A stretch of 40,000 bases of DNA, from positions 1,326,933-1,366,932 of the forward strand of contig NZ_JAEMQH010000002.1 in assembly GCF_016820575.1 (NCBI RefSeq), written 5' to 3'. Every line of letters begins with the position of its first letter. The stretch's first letter is position 1. Shown piece after piece: positions 16,376 to 23,228 of the stretch. The DNA comes from Marinobacter sediminum (GTDB taxonomy: Bacteria > Pseudomonadota > Gammaproteobacteria > Pseudomonadales > Oleiphilaceae). The notes under the pieces were generated by a model that saw only the letters and a list, made by a program, of their open reading frames with translations, had not been told where the DNA came from and did no database searches. The position numbers were made by a program, and so were the translations under genes.

Positions 16376-16476
16376 CATTAACGCTGAGCACAGCGGCGAC
16401 CTTGGAGTGGCGACGAAGGAGCCACGTAAAGGGCGTCCGGCGGCCATCGGCCGCGTACTGCTGCGACTTGTTAAAG
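16376..16476 (-). repeat. attC site 7 (family A)
   Basis: TTAACGCTGAGCACAGCGGCGACCTTGGAGTGGCGACGAAGGAGCCACGTAAAGGGCGTCCGGCGGCCATCGGCCGCGTACTGCTGCGACTTGTTAAAG. Confidence 0.85.
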
Positions 16477-16896
16477 GTTTTTGAGGGCTGTTTTTGCCCT
16501 GTATGCTTGCACGAACTGAAAGAGGCCCAACCCAATGAACGACGCAACCACTGCATTTGAGATGTCAGCATCTCCATGTAACAGGCCAGCAGTCGCCACA
16601 CAAAAAAGCCCGCCAAAAATGTACTCGTTAGGCTCATAGCGATATTTAAACTTCAGGGACTGCCCATAAAGGTCTGGGTCAAAATCGACGGGGACGTTCA
16701 GCTCTTCCGCCTGCTTAATAGCGAACCGGTTTACTTTTCCACGCCAGAGCGACCAGTAAACAATTTCTTCACCTGGTAATGCAATCACTCGAAAACCTCT
16801 GCCTGTTCCAGTTGCGATTTGTGTTATCCGCAAACCAGTGATTTTCGAAATATTACCAAGCCTTATTGTTCCATCTAGGAACTGCTTCCGTGCCAT
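16471..16896 (-). CDS. hypothetical cassette protein with C-terminal hydrophobic helices
   Basis: 141 aa, ATG at 16896. The stop TAA lies inside the attC core. It has a soluble N-terminal half and two hydrophobic segments near the C-terminus. No family recognised. Confidence 0.55.
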   Translation of the reverse strand: MARKQFLDGTIRLGNISKITGLRITQIATGTGRGFRVIALPGEEIVYWSLWRGKVNRFAIKQAEELNVPVDFDPDLYGQSLKFKYRYEPNEYIFGGLFCVATAGLLHGDADISNAVVASFIGLGLFQFVQAYRAKTALKNL

Positions 16897-16910
16897 GATT
16901 CGCTACTTAC

Positions 16911-16994
16911 ATTTAACGCTGCAATAAACGGCGCCCTGACAAGGGCGTCCGGTGGAGGCCGTAGGCCGGAACGAATTTGATTGCCTGGTTAGCT
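16911..16994 (-). repeat. attC site 8 (family C)
   Basis: TTAACGCTGCAATAAACGGCGCCCTGACAAGGGCGTCCGGTGGAGGCCGTAGGCCGGAACGAATTTGATTGCCTGGTTAGC is closely related to 20254..20337. Confidence 0.85.
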
Positions 16995-17275
16995 GGGGGT
17001 AACGAAGAAGACCAATCCCTGGCTAACAATTCGACGGCATGCTCCGCTGCCCTGGCACCGCCACTCGCTGATGCACGGTGATTAATACCACCGCCTTTGT
17101 TGCGGTGAATGAACCTGAACTTCAGAGTAGCAGAGCGCAACCGAATTTTCGGTGGACTGCCCCACAAGGTGAACACCCAATCTCAGTAGAACGCCGCTGA
17201 CAAACCGAGCTACCAAACCTCTGGCGGATTTGTCGGAATGGGCACCAAGCCACCCAAAAGACCGAAGCACTACCC

Positions 17276-17333
17276 AGCTAACGCTGAGCGAAGCGGCGGC
17301 TGAAAGCCGTCCGCCTTACGCGACTTGTTATCG
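17276..17333 (-). repeat. attC site 9 (short, 58 bp)
   Basis: CTAACGCTGAGCGAAGCGGCGGCTGAAAGCCGTCCGCCTTACGCGACTTGTTATC is related to 20637..20697. Confidence 0.8.
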
Positions 17334-17335
17334 AA

Positions 17336-17698
17336 TTAGTCTGCGTCTTCAATCACCAACGTTTTATTCTCGGGGACCTTTTCGTCAAACAAGCTTTCCA
17401 GCTCTCTCTTGAACCTTTGGTACTCACCGACTGCACTCTCTTCGAAGGCAATAACCTCATGCTTGTCAGCAAACGAAAGGACAATAGCTTTTTTACAGCC
17501 CCCAAGCTCAGGAGTTGGTTCGGGGCCACGAAAGAAAAAATCGAAGTTGTCGTGAAATTTGAGGCTTGAGATAGCATTGAGATTTACATGATATTCGCCG
17601 GAAACAACCTCTGGAGGAGTGTTGTCGTACCCTCTGTCGTCAGCGTTAGTAATATCATAAGTAAAAATGTCAGAACGGTTCTTGATAGAAATTTTCAA
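17336..17698 (-). CDS. hypothetical acidic cassette protein
   Basis: 120 aa. TTG start at 17698, 6 nt after GAGGAG, which sits just inside the cassette boundary. No family recognised. Confidence 0.55.
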   Translation of the reverse strand: MKISIKNRSDIFTYDITNADDRGYDNTPPEVVSGEYHVNLNAISSLKFHDNFDFFFRGPEPTPELGGCKKAIVLSFADKHEVIAFEESAVGEYQRFKRELESLFDEKVPENKTLVIEDAD

Positions 17699-17715
17699 AG
17701 TTGACTCCTCTATTT

Positions 17716-17832
17716 CGATAACGCCGCAATCAGCCGCGGCTTACATTGTGTGCCTTTTGCACGAAAATGGGAGCGCAGCGACCGTGTAAAAGATGCACAG
17801 AGTAAGACGTCGACTGCATTGCTTTGTTAAGC
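17716..17832 (-). repeat. attC site 10 (117 bp, longest)
   Basis: ATAACGCCGCAATCAGCCGCGGC...GTCGACTGCATTGCTTTGTTAAGC, with AAC/GTT cores and a long variable centre. Confidence 0.7.
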
Positions 17833-18294
17833 GGGATCTGGCTCCTCATCCTTTTTTAGGAAATGGTTTACTATCGAAGGACCATATTGATGGTAAAGCT
17901 CCATAGCCTTACGAGTTACCCACCGGACCACAAAATAGGAAATAAAAACCCCGGGAAGAATTACCAACCAATTGAAGTTGTATTGATCCGGGTTTCTGAA
18001 AATGTGCACTAACGAACCAAGCCCTAAACCGCCTAGCGCCCCTCCCAGCATGAGCGAAAATAGACCAAGCGCTCCATAGATTGCTCCCGATACCCAACCT
18101 ATAGCTCCAAACACCACGAAAAATGCCAAACCAGCGAGAGCACCAGCGGTTCCCCCACCTAAGATATCGGCGAACATTTGGAAAAATGACTTTTTCTCTA
18201 CGCCAAACATCAGAATCAGCTGAAAGCAGACCCACGTCGATGAACCAAGCACCGAATACCTTACAAGTTTTTCTGCGATTTTCTTTCGGTTCAT
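17827..18294 (-). CDS. hypothetical glycine-zipper-rich membrane cassette protein
   Basis: 155 aa. GGGTAGALAGLAFFVVFGAIGWVSGAIYGALGLFSLMLGGALGGLGLGSL forms GxxxG-rich helices. The stop lies in the attC core. Confidence 0.6.
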   Translation of the reverse strand: MNRKKIAEKLVRYSVLGSSTWVCFQLILMFGVEKKSFFQMFADILGGGTAGALAGLAFFVVFGAIGWVSGAIYGALGLFSLMLGGALGGLGLGSLVHIFRNPDQYNFNWLVILPGVFISYFVVRWVTRKAMELYHQYGPSIVNHFLKKDEEPDPA

Positions 18295-18304
18295 TCTTAG
18301 ACTC

Positions 18305-18382
18305 GCTTAACGCGAAGCACAGCGGCGACCCGTCAGGGACGTCCGGCGGCCACCGGCCGCGTACTGATGCGCCTTGTTAAAT
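18305..18382 (-). repeat. attC site 11 (family A-related)
   Basis: TTAACGCGAAGCACAGCGGCGACCCGTCAGGGACGTCCGGCGGCCACCGGCCGCGTACTGATGCGCCTTGTTAAAT. Confidence 0.85.
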
Positions 18383-18838
18383 GGCCCTGGGCACACGGTC
18401 CGACTGAGCCACTGTTTGATTGAGTTGCCGGAGCTTGTTGAGAGAGATTTGAAACTGGCCATTACTCGGTAGCCGTTTACCTGTGAACTGATCCCAAACA
18501 AGGGCTCCTGGCCCGTTATAAATTTCTTCGAATGTTCCGTCACGCAAGATCTTGATGATGATCGTATGCTGCGGCTGGCTCCGGAATGCTACAGATTTGG
18601 ATTGCGTAGCTTTGATCTCAACTTCCAAGCCGGTTTCGGTGACAGCGTCATAGCCTTTGTTGGAAGCTATCTTCAGCTCCAAATTATAGGCGTCGGCCAC
18701 GATGCACTCACCCAGACTGCCAACCATGTGACCATCCGGGGTGAAGTGCCTGCCCGGGAACATGGTCTCCAACTCATTGACCGTGGCATAGAGTTGCTTG
18801 ACCAAGGTCCGGAATTTATCGTGATCGATCATAGGCAT
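18377..18838 (-). CDS. hypothetical cassette protein with a PD-(D/E)xK nuclease-like motif
   Basis: 153 aa. GSLGECIVADAY...NKGYDAVTETGLEVEIKATQ gives an E...D...ExK arrangement resembling restriction-endonuclease-fold proteins. The assignment rests on the motif only. The ATG at 18838 overlaps the attC core. Confidence 0.5.
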   Translation of the reverse strand: MPMIDHDKFRTLVKQLYATVNELETMFPGRHFTPDGHMVGSLGECIVADAYNLELKIASNKGYDAVTETGLEVEIKATQSKSVAFRSQPQHTIIIKILRDGTFEEIYNGPGALVWDQFTGKRLPSNGQFQISLNKLRQLNQTVAQSDRVPRAI

Positions 18839-18925
18839 TTAACGCTGAGGTAACCGGCGCCGGAGCGTAGCGGAGGGAACCAAAAGCGCCACGCTTTTGG
18901 CGTCCGGTTGACCGCCTGGTTATGG
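18837..18925 (-). repeat. attC site 12
   Basis: TTAACGCTGAGGTAACCGGCGCCGGAGCG...CCAAAAGCGCCACGCTTTTGGCGTCCGGTTGACCGCCTGGTTATGG. Confidence 0.8.
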
Positions 18926-19270
18926 CCTCGCATGCTTAGTCACCGTATGAATTACAAATTTTCCGCAAACCAAGCAAATGACGAGCATTAGTAAAATTTG
19001 GATGGGGAGGTTCGCGGCGAAATACCACCAGTACTGGTCAGATACCTCTTCCTTAGCTGCGACCAAGCGGTCCAAAAATTCCGGAGAGCGCCTCAATGCA
19101 TTGCCCTCTTCTCGGGAAAGATCTGATATGGACCTGCCATCTAACGCTAATTCAATAGCCTCTTTATTAACGTGCTCTGTCAGTGCTCGCCCATAACTTC
19201 CGCCTGCGGCGCTGACAAACACTGCCAAAATTAGGCTGGCAAAAATGGACAGATAAACCTTCTTCTTCAC
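18920..19270 (-). CDS. hypothetical exported/membrane-anchored cassette protein
   Basis: 116 aa. GTG start after AAGGAAG. It has an N-terminal signal-like helix (MKKKVYLSIFASLILAVFVSAAGG) and a C-terminal hydrophobic helix. Confidence 0.55.
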   Translation of the reverse strand: MKKKVYLSIFASLILAVFVSAAGGSYGRALTEHVNKEAIELALDGRSISDLSREEGNALRRSPEFLDRLVAAKEEVSDQYWWYFAANLPIQILLMLVICLVCGKFVIHTVTKHARP

Positions 19271-19285
19271 TCGACTTCCTTGTGG

Positions 19286-19363
19286 TCATAACTCCCGGCT
19301 CACGCGCCGGTTTAGAGCCGCGAAGCGGCGGAAAAACGGTCGCTGTGCAGCCGCTTGTTAAAG
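19286..19363 (-). repeat. attC site 13 (family B; parE-like TA cassette)
   Basis: ATAACTCCCGGCTCACGCGCCGGTTTAGAGCCGCGAAGCGGCGGAAAAACGGTCGCTGTGCAGCCGCTTGTTAAAG. Confidence 0.85.
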
Positions 19364-19651
19364 CCTGCCAAGCCAGTACTGCGGACGTCGCCGGTCGTGG
19401 GCAACCGCCAGAACTTGAAAACCGTCAGGTTTCTCTCGGTAAACGATGGATAGCGGAAATCTGTGAGGGGGCGCTCTACGAATATCTGGCTGCAACTCAA
19501 CTTGCCAGGCTTTTGGTGACTCGCCAACTAAATTGGCCAGGGCCTCAAATTCCTCTATGAAGGCACCACCCAATCCCGGAACTTTTGATTCGTAATAACC
19601 AACTGACTCCAGGAACTCGGCTTCCGCTGCCGGGTGAAAAGAATAGTTCAT
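19358..19651 (-). CDS. RelE/ParE-family type II toxin
   Basis: MNYSFHPAAEAEFLESVGYYESKVPGLGGAFIEEFEALANLVGESPKAWQV...RFPLSIVYREKPDGFQVLAVAHDRRRPQYW is the ParE/RelE pattern. It overlaps the upstream antitoxin gene by 4 nt. Confidence 0.8.
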   Translation of the reverse strand: MNYSFHPAAEAEFLESVGYYESKVPGLGGAFIEEFEALANLVGESPKAWQVELQPDIRRAPPHRFPLSIVYREKPDGFQVLAVAHDRRRPQYWLGRL

Positions 19652-19872
19652 TTGATCAGTGCTCTAGCCTTCCTCATGACATCTTCACCGGACACGGCCT
19701 GAACTGAACCATTATCTAGCTCTTCGCCTCTACGGCGGGCCTCAAGCAACCAATCGGACCTGAGTTCTTCTTCTGAGGGAGACTCCAGACTCAATACCAG
19801 TCGCTGGATCAATTGGGCTCGCTCCTCTTTGGGAAGGTGGAGCGCCTCGTCTTCAATTTTCTGGAGATTCAT
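19648..19872 (-). CDS. putative addiction-module antitoxin (small helical component)
   Basis: 74 aa. EDEALHLPKEERAQLIQRLVLSLESPSEEELRSDWLLEARRRGEELDNGSVQAVSGEDVMRKAR resembles the addiction-module-component family paired with ParE-like toxins. Confidence 0.7.
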   Translation of the reverse strand: MNLQKIEDEALHLPKEERAQLIQRLVLSLESPSEEELRSDWLLEARRRGEELDNGSVQAVSGEDVMRKARALIK

Positions 19873-19947
19873 AGAAGAAACCTCTCGTTCGCGTATCGTT
19901 CAGTTTTGACACGGATGGGTATCTGGTGCCACGACTCGGCTTTCCAG

Positions 19948-20048
19948 CTTTAACGCTGAGCTTAGCGGCGACCTTGTAATGGAGGCGAAGCCGAAATGAA
20001 AAGGGCGTCCGGCGGCCATCGGCCGCGTACTACAGTGGCTTGTTAATG
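19948..20048 (-). repeat. attC site 14 (family A, 101 bp; belongs to ORF-less cassette copy 3)
   Basis: Differs from 16070..16170 at only a few positions. Confidence 0.85.
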
Positions 20049-20253
20049 GCCGGTTACCCGGCGGTTCGTTCCTGGCACCCGAACCCGAATGCCCTTTACC
20101 AAACAGCTTGCACTGACCCTAGCCCATGACGCGAGGAACCAGAACACGAAACTCTCGGATTTTGCAGTGTTTTGCGGGGAGAAGGGTTGAACTTACGTGA
20201 TAATTTGAAAGCAACTCCCTGCTCTACTGCCTGAATCCTTCCGTGGCCTTGGC
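20049..20253 (-). repeat. ORF-less cassette family, copy 3 (complete)
   Basis: See 16171..16375. It occupies the entire space between two attC sites. Confidence 0.85.
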
Positions 20254-20337
20254 CATTAACGCTGCAATAAACGGCGCACTGAAAAGGGCGTCCGGTGGAG
20301 GCCGTAGGCCGGAACGTATTTAATTGCCTTGTTATAC
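20254..20337 (-). repeat. attC site 15 (family C)
   Basis: TTAACGCTGCAATAAACGGCGCACTGAAAAGGGCGTCCGGTGGAGGCCGTAGGCCGGAACGTATTTAATTGCCTTGTTATAC. Confidence 0.85.
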
Positions 20338-20343
20338 ATAAGG

Positions 20344-20616
20344 CTACCAGCCCCACCAACGTTCAATCCTGACAATGCCACGCCAGATGCCCCCGAGAAT
20401 AGATGGAAACAGTTGCGGGAGCAGCAATGCCAGCACAGCAAAGACGATGATACAGGCGACCAGATAGGTACTGCTGAGAAAGCCGCCCCAAAACGAGAGC
20501 TCTTTATTAACCCCAGGCCAGATGAAGGCTGCGGTCGGGACCGAAAAAAACAGAGATGCAAAGAGACTTATCAACCTTGACTCGATTGGCCCACCTTGGC
20601 CACGCTTCCTTGCCAT
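20344..20616 (-). CDS. hypothetical small membrane cassette protein
   Basis: 90 aa with a basic N-terminus followed by two or three hydrophobic helices. AAGGAG lies 12 nt upstream of the ATG. Confidence 0.55.
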   Translation of the reverse strand: MARKRGQGGPIESRLISLFASLFFSVPTAAFIWPGVNKELSFWGGFLSSTYLVACIIVFAVLALLLPQLFPSILGGIWRGIVRIERWWGW

Positions 20617-20636
20617 TTTCCGTGACTACTCCTTGT

Positions 20637-20697
20637 GTATAACGCTGAGCGCACCGGCGGCCTGACAAGGCCGTCCGAGTGACGCGGCTTGTTATCA
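20637..20697 (-). repeat. attC site 16 (short, 61 bp)
   Basis: ATAACGCTGAGCGCACCGGCGGCCTGACAAGGCCGTCCGAGTGACGCGGCTTGTTATC. Confidence 0.8.
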
Positions 20698-20702
20698 CTG
20701 TC

Positions 20703-21101
20703 TCAGTCATACTCCGCATTCTGAGGCAGATCGTCCGTAATCTCGAACCAAGGAGCCCTGCTGGCAACGAACACGTGGCGCTCGGCTTTTACTCCTGGGT
20801 CGGTATCGAGTGTTCCAAAGGGAAAACCATAAATATCAGGGTTTGCATCGAATCTTGTGTAAAGGCTGGAACCGCAGTTTGAACAAAAGCCCTTATGCTC
20901 ACCTGGAGAAGATTCGTAGAACTTCATCAACTCCTGACCATGAACGGTATGCCAGTCAGAGGACTTTACCTTGGCTCGGGTTCTGAACGCTGAAGCATGT
21001 AGCTTCCGGCACATTGAGCAGTGACAGTTCAGCACATCGGTCAGTGGACCGTTGATTTCGTATTGGATGCCTCCGCAGAGACAACTACCCGTTTGCTTCA
21101 T
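20703..21101 (-). CDS. GFA (glutathione-dependent formaldehyde-activating / CENP-V-like) family protein
   Basis: GSCLCGGIQYEI...LNCHCSMCRK...GFCSNCGSSL are the characteristic Cys clusters of the GFA family. AAGGAAG SD. Confidence 0.8.
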   Translation of the reverse strand: MKQTGSCLCGGIQYEINGPLTDVLNCHCSMCRKLHASAFRTRAKVKSSDWHTVHGQELMKFYESSPGEHKGFCSNCGSSLYTRFDANPDIYGFPFGTLDTDPGVKAERHVFVASRAPWFEITDDLPQNAEYD

Positions 21102-21118
21102 TGATGCACTTCCTTGTG

Positions 21119-21178
21119 TGATAACGCCAGCGGCAGGGGCGCGACGTCAGGAGCGTCCCTTGACCGCTTTTGTTAGAT
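21119..21178 (-). repeat. attC site 17 (short, 60 bp; first cassette)
   Basis: ATAACGCCAGCGGCAGGGGCGCGACGTCAGGAGCGTCCCTTGACCGCTTTTGTTAGAT. Confidence 0.75.
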
Positions 21179-21190
21179 TTTAGACCTTCA

Positions 21191-21847
21191 TTATCGTGGT
21201 TTGAGGCCAATGACAATCCTGATTACCCCAGGCTTCTTTTCCGCTTCGTTATCTAGACCGGCCTCGGCCATAATTCCAACATCGTTTAGAGCTTTAGCCA
21301 GTGCAACTGCTGCAGCTCCTATTCTATCTTTTTGACTTGGTGCGACACCGAGGAAAACCCCTGGCGGAGCGTTAATTGCGACGCCCGCAGGCGGCTCTCC
21401 AACAACAAGACCGGGAGGATCGACTCTTTTCCAGCCAGCATCTGACAGCGTCTTGTTGAGAATCGCCCAAAACGATTCTGTGTCTAAACCGGCGGGTGGC
21501 AGAAGGGCACAGTATTCTTGGTTAACAAACGCCTTTGTCGCTTCTACCAGAGCCTGTCTTTGGCTTTCATCCAAAATGCGGGGAGCTTTCAGCCTTTCCA
21601 GTTCAAGCTTAGCTTCCGCTGCTCGCGCATTCGCTTCTGAAATAGCTTTTTGAGATTCCGTGATTTGACTTTCAAGAAGCGTGGAGCGCTCTTGAGCTGC
21701 ACCCAAATCCCGGTTCAAGTATTCCTCTTTTATATTACCCATCCAGACGACAAAGACTGTGGAGACAGCCCCTCCGACTAGAGACGCAATCAAACCGATA
21801 TTTGCCCAGTGATACAGCTTTGAAGCAACTTCCAAGGACAACCACAT
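21191..21847 (-). CDS. hypothetical first-cassette protein (N-terminal TM helix, coiled-coil, C-terminal domain)
   Basis: 218 aa. AGGAGG SD lies 10 nt before the ATG at 21847. It has a TM segment (IGLIASLVGGAVSTVFVVWMG) and a heptad-like stretch (QERSTLLESQITESQKAISEANARAAEAKLELERLK). No family recognised. Confidence 0.6.
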   Translation of the reverse strand: MWLSLEVASKLYHWANIGLIASLVGGAVSTVFVVWMGNIKEEYLNRDLGAAQERSTLLESQITESQKAISEANARAAEAKLELERLKAPRILDESQRQALVEATKAFVNQEYCALLPPAGLDTESFWAILNKTLSDAGWKRVDPPGLVVGEPPAGVAINAPPGVFLGVAPSQKDRIGAAAVALAKALNDVGIMAEAGLDNEAEKKPGVIRIVIGLKPR

Positions 21848-21879
21848 CGGATCAACGCCTCCTTATCGTAGCCTGATCA

Positions 21880-21960
21880 TCTTTAAATCTAACAGCTAAT
21901 TCAACGACAAATGACGTATATCACGAACGCGCTTATTTCCGCGCGGTCCAGACATTACCC
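21880..21960 (-). other. putative attI region (first-cassette junction)
   Basis: On the minus strand, GTTAGAT (21893..21887) lies 39 nt upstream of the first cassette ATG. An alternative core, GTTGAAT, is at 21905..21899. There is no attC-type palindrome between here and intI. Confidence 0.35.
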
Positions 21961-22183
21961 ACCATAAATTCTTTTATTTTCAGAAAACTACGAATTCTAA
22001 AAACAAGCTAGCCTGGAAATAAGCGTCAATTGTCGGATTTTCCCAAGCGTACCCATTCGTTTATCTGTTTTCGTTATTCACTGACTATTCCATACCTTTC
22101 ATAGAGTTGTAAGCCAGATGGGGCGGAATTTACGAAGTTTTGCGACAGTTGTCGTATATCTCCGCTTTTTACCGTGGCATTCT

Positions 22184-22212
22184 TTGAATTCAGTCTTAAA
22201 ATACTGTATATA
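22184..22212 (+). promoter_or_regulatory. putative intI promoter
   Basis: -35 TTGAAT (22184..22189), a 17 nt spacer, and -10 TATATA (22207..22212). Confidence 0.55.
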
Positions 22213-22221
22213 AGAACAGTA
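22202..22221. promoter_or_regulatory. LexA (SOS) box overlapping the intI -10
   Basis: TACTGTATATAAGAACAGTA matches the gammaproteobacterial consensus TACTG-N10-CAGTA (CTGT-N8-ACAG). Confidence 0.85.
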
Positions 22222-22235
22222 TGGAGGCTGTGCGC

Positions 22236-23228
22236 ATGATTTTGGATGTACCACCAAAACTGCCGGATAACCCTACCCGCTTCATGGATCAGCTTCGGGT
22301 GCTTATCCGCAGCCGGAATATGGCCTACAAAACCGAACAAACTTACTGTCATTGGATCAGGCGCTTCATCCGCTTTCATGGCATGAAGCATCCGTCCACC
22401 TGTTCCGCAGAAGACGTAGAGAAGTTTTTGTCCCACCTTGCGGTACAGCGTAATAACAGTGTGAGTACCCAGCGCACGGCTTTGAACGCCATTGTTTTCC
22501 TGTTTCGGGAATTCCTTCAGCAGCCGCTGGAGGAGCTGTCGTTTGAGATGGCGCGCAAGCCTCGGCGGTTACCTACGGTGTTCACTCACGATGAAGCCCG
22601 GGCGGTGATTGGTCACCTGCACGGTGAAGCCCAGCTAGTCGCCCGGCTGATGTACGGTGCGGGGCTTCGAATCAACGAGGCCTTGAGGTTGCGGGTAAAA
22701 GACGTGGATTTCGGAATGCAGCAAATCATCGTTCGCAGCGGCAAAGGCAACAAAGACAGAACCACCCTGCTCCCAGACTCACTGATTGAACCACTGACGT
22801 TGCAGATGGAAAGCTGTCTGGCCCAGCACAGGAAAGATCTTGCTCAAGGTCTCGGTGAGGTCTATATGCCCACGGCTTTAGATCGAAAATACCCCAGCGC
22901 AGGTCGGGAACCGGCATGGCAGTATGTGTTTCCCGCCACAAAATTATCCAAGGATCCGCGTAGTGATGTGCTCCGCCGGCACCACCTGCTGGATCGAAGT
23001 GTCCAGCGAGCCATTGGTGCCGCCATCAGCGAAGCGGGCGTTTACAAGCAGGCGAACAGCCACGCGTTGCGGCACAGCTTTGCTACTCGTCTGCTTGAGG
23101 CCGGTTATGACATCCGCACCATTCAGAAACTGCTGGGTCATGCCGATGTACGTACCACCGAAATCTACACCCACGTGGTGCGCAAAGGTGGCTTTGGCGT
23201 GCGTAGCCCCATCGATGATGCGGTCTAG
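22236..23228 (+). CDS. intI: integron integrase IntI (tyrosine recombinase)
   Basis: YKTEQTYCHWIRRFIRFHG N-domain. Catalytic R (AGLRINEALRLR), HALRHSFATRLLEAGYDIRTIQKLLGH and EIYTHV. It also has the IntI-specific insertion ALDRKYPSAGREPAWQYVFPATKLSKDPRS. The ATG at 22236 lies 8 nt after GGAGG; the track start 22221 lies inside the LexA box. Confidence 0.92.
   Translation: MILDVPPKLPDNPTRFMDQLRVLIRSRNMAYKTEQTYCHWIRRFIRFHGMKHPSTCSAEDVEKFLSHLAVQRNNSVSTQRTALNAIVFLFREFLQQPLEELSFEMARKPRRLPTVFTHDEARAVIGHLHGEAQLVARLMYGAGLRINEALRLRVKDVDFGMQQIIVRSGKGNKDRTTLLPDSLIEPLTLQMESCLAQHRKDLAQGLGEVYMPTALDRKYPSAGREPAWQYVFPATKLSKDPRSDVLRRHHLLDRSVQRAIGAAISEAGVYKQANSHALRHSFATRLLEAGYDIRTIQKLLGHADVRTTEIYTHVVRKGGFGVRSPIDDAV

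Larger units (their letters stand above)
11213..23228. mobile_element. sedentary chromosomal integron (intI, attI, 18 attC sites, ~18 cassettes)
   Basis: An IntI-type tyrosine recombinase gene lies at the right end. To its left are recurring 58-117 bp imperfect palindromes bounded by ..TAAC / GTTA.. cores at almost every intergenic position. In minus-strand reading they have the form TAACAAG...GCGTTAR, as in known attC sites. Confidence 0.9.

Noticed and set aside
17033-17095. An inverted-orientation attC-like string, GCTAACAATTCGACGGCATGC...GCACGGTGATTAATACC, inside the ORF-poor cassette.
   Set aside because: The second core is ATTAAT rather than GTTA, and the arm complementarity is weak and needs several bulges. 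The evidence is not sufficient.
12508-21178. The possibility that the regularly spaced ~60-120 bp repeats form a CRISPR array.
   Set aside because: The repeats vary in length and sequence, are internally palindromic with AAC/GTT cores, are separated by 0.2-0.8 kb gene-sized units, and adjoin an IntI gene. They are attC sites, and no cas genes are present.
22074-22436. A 120 aa minus-strand ORF spanning the intI promoter, the LexA box and the intI 5' end.
   Set aside because: It overlaps the well-supported intI start region, lacks an SD, and has an unremarkable composition. It is most likely a chance frame, although a Pc promoter may lie in this region.
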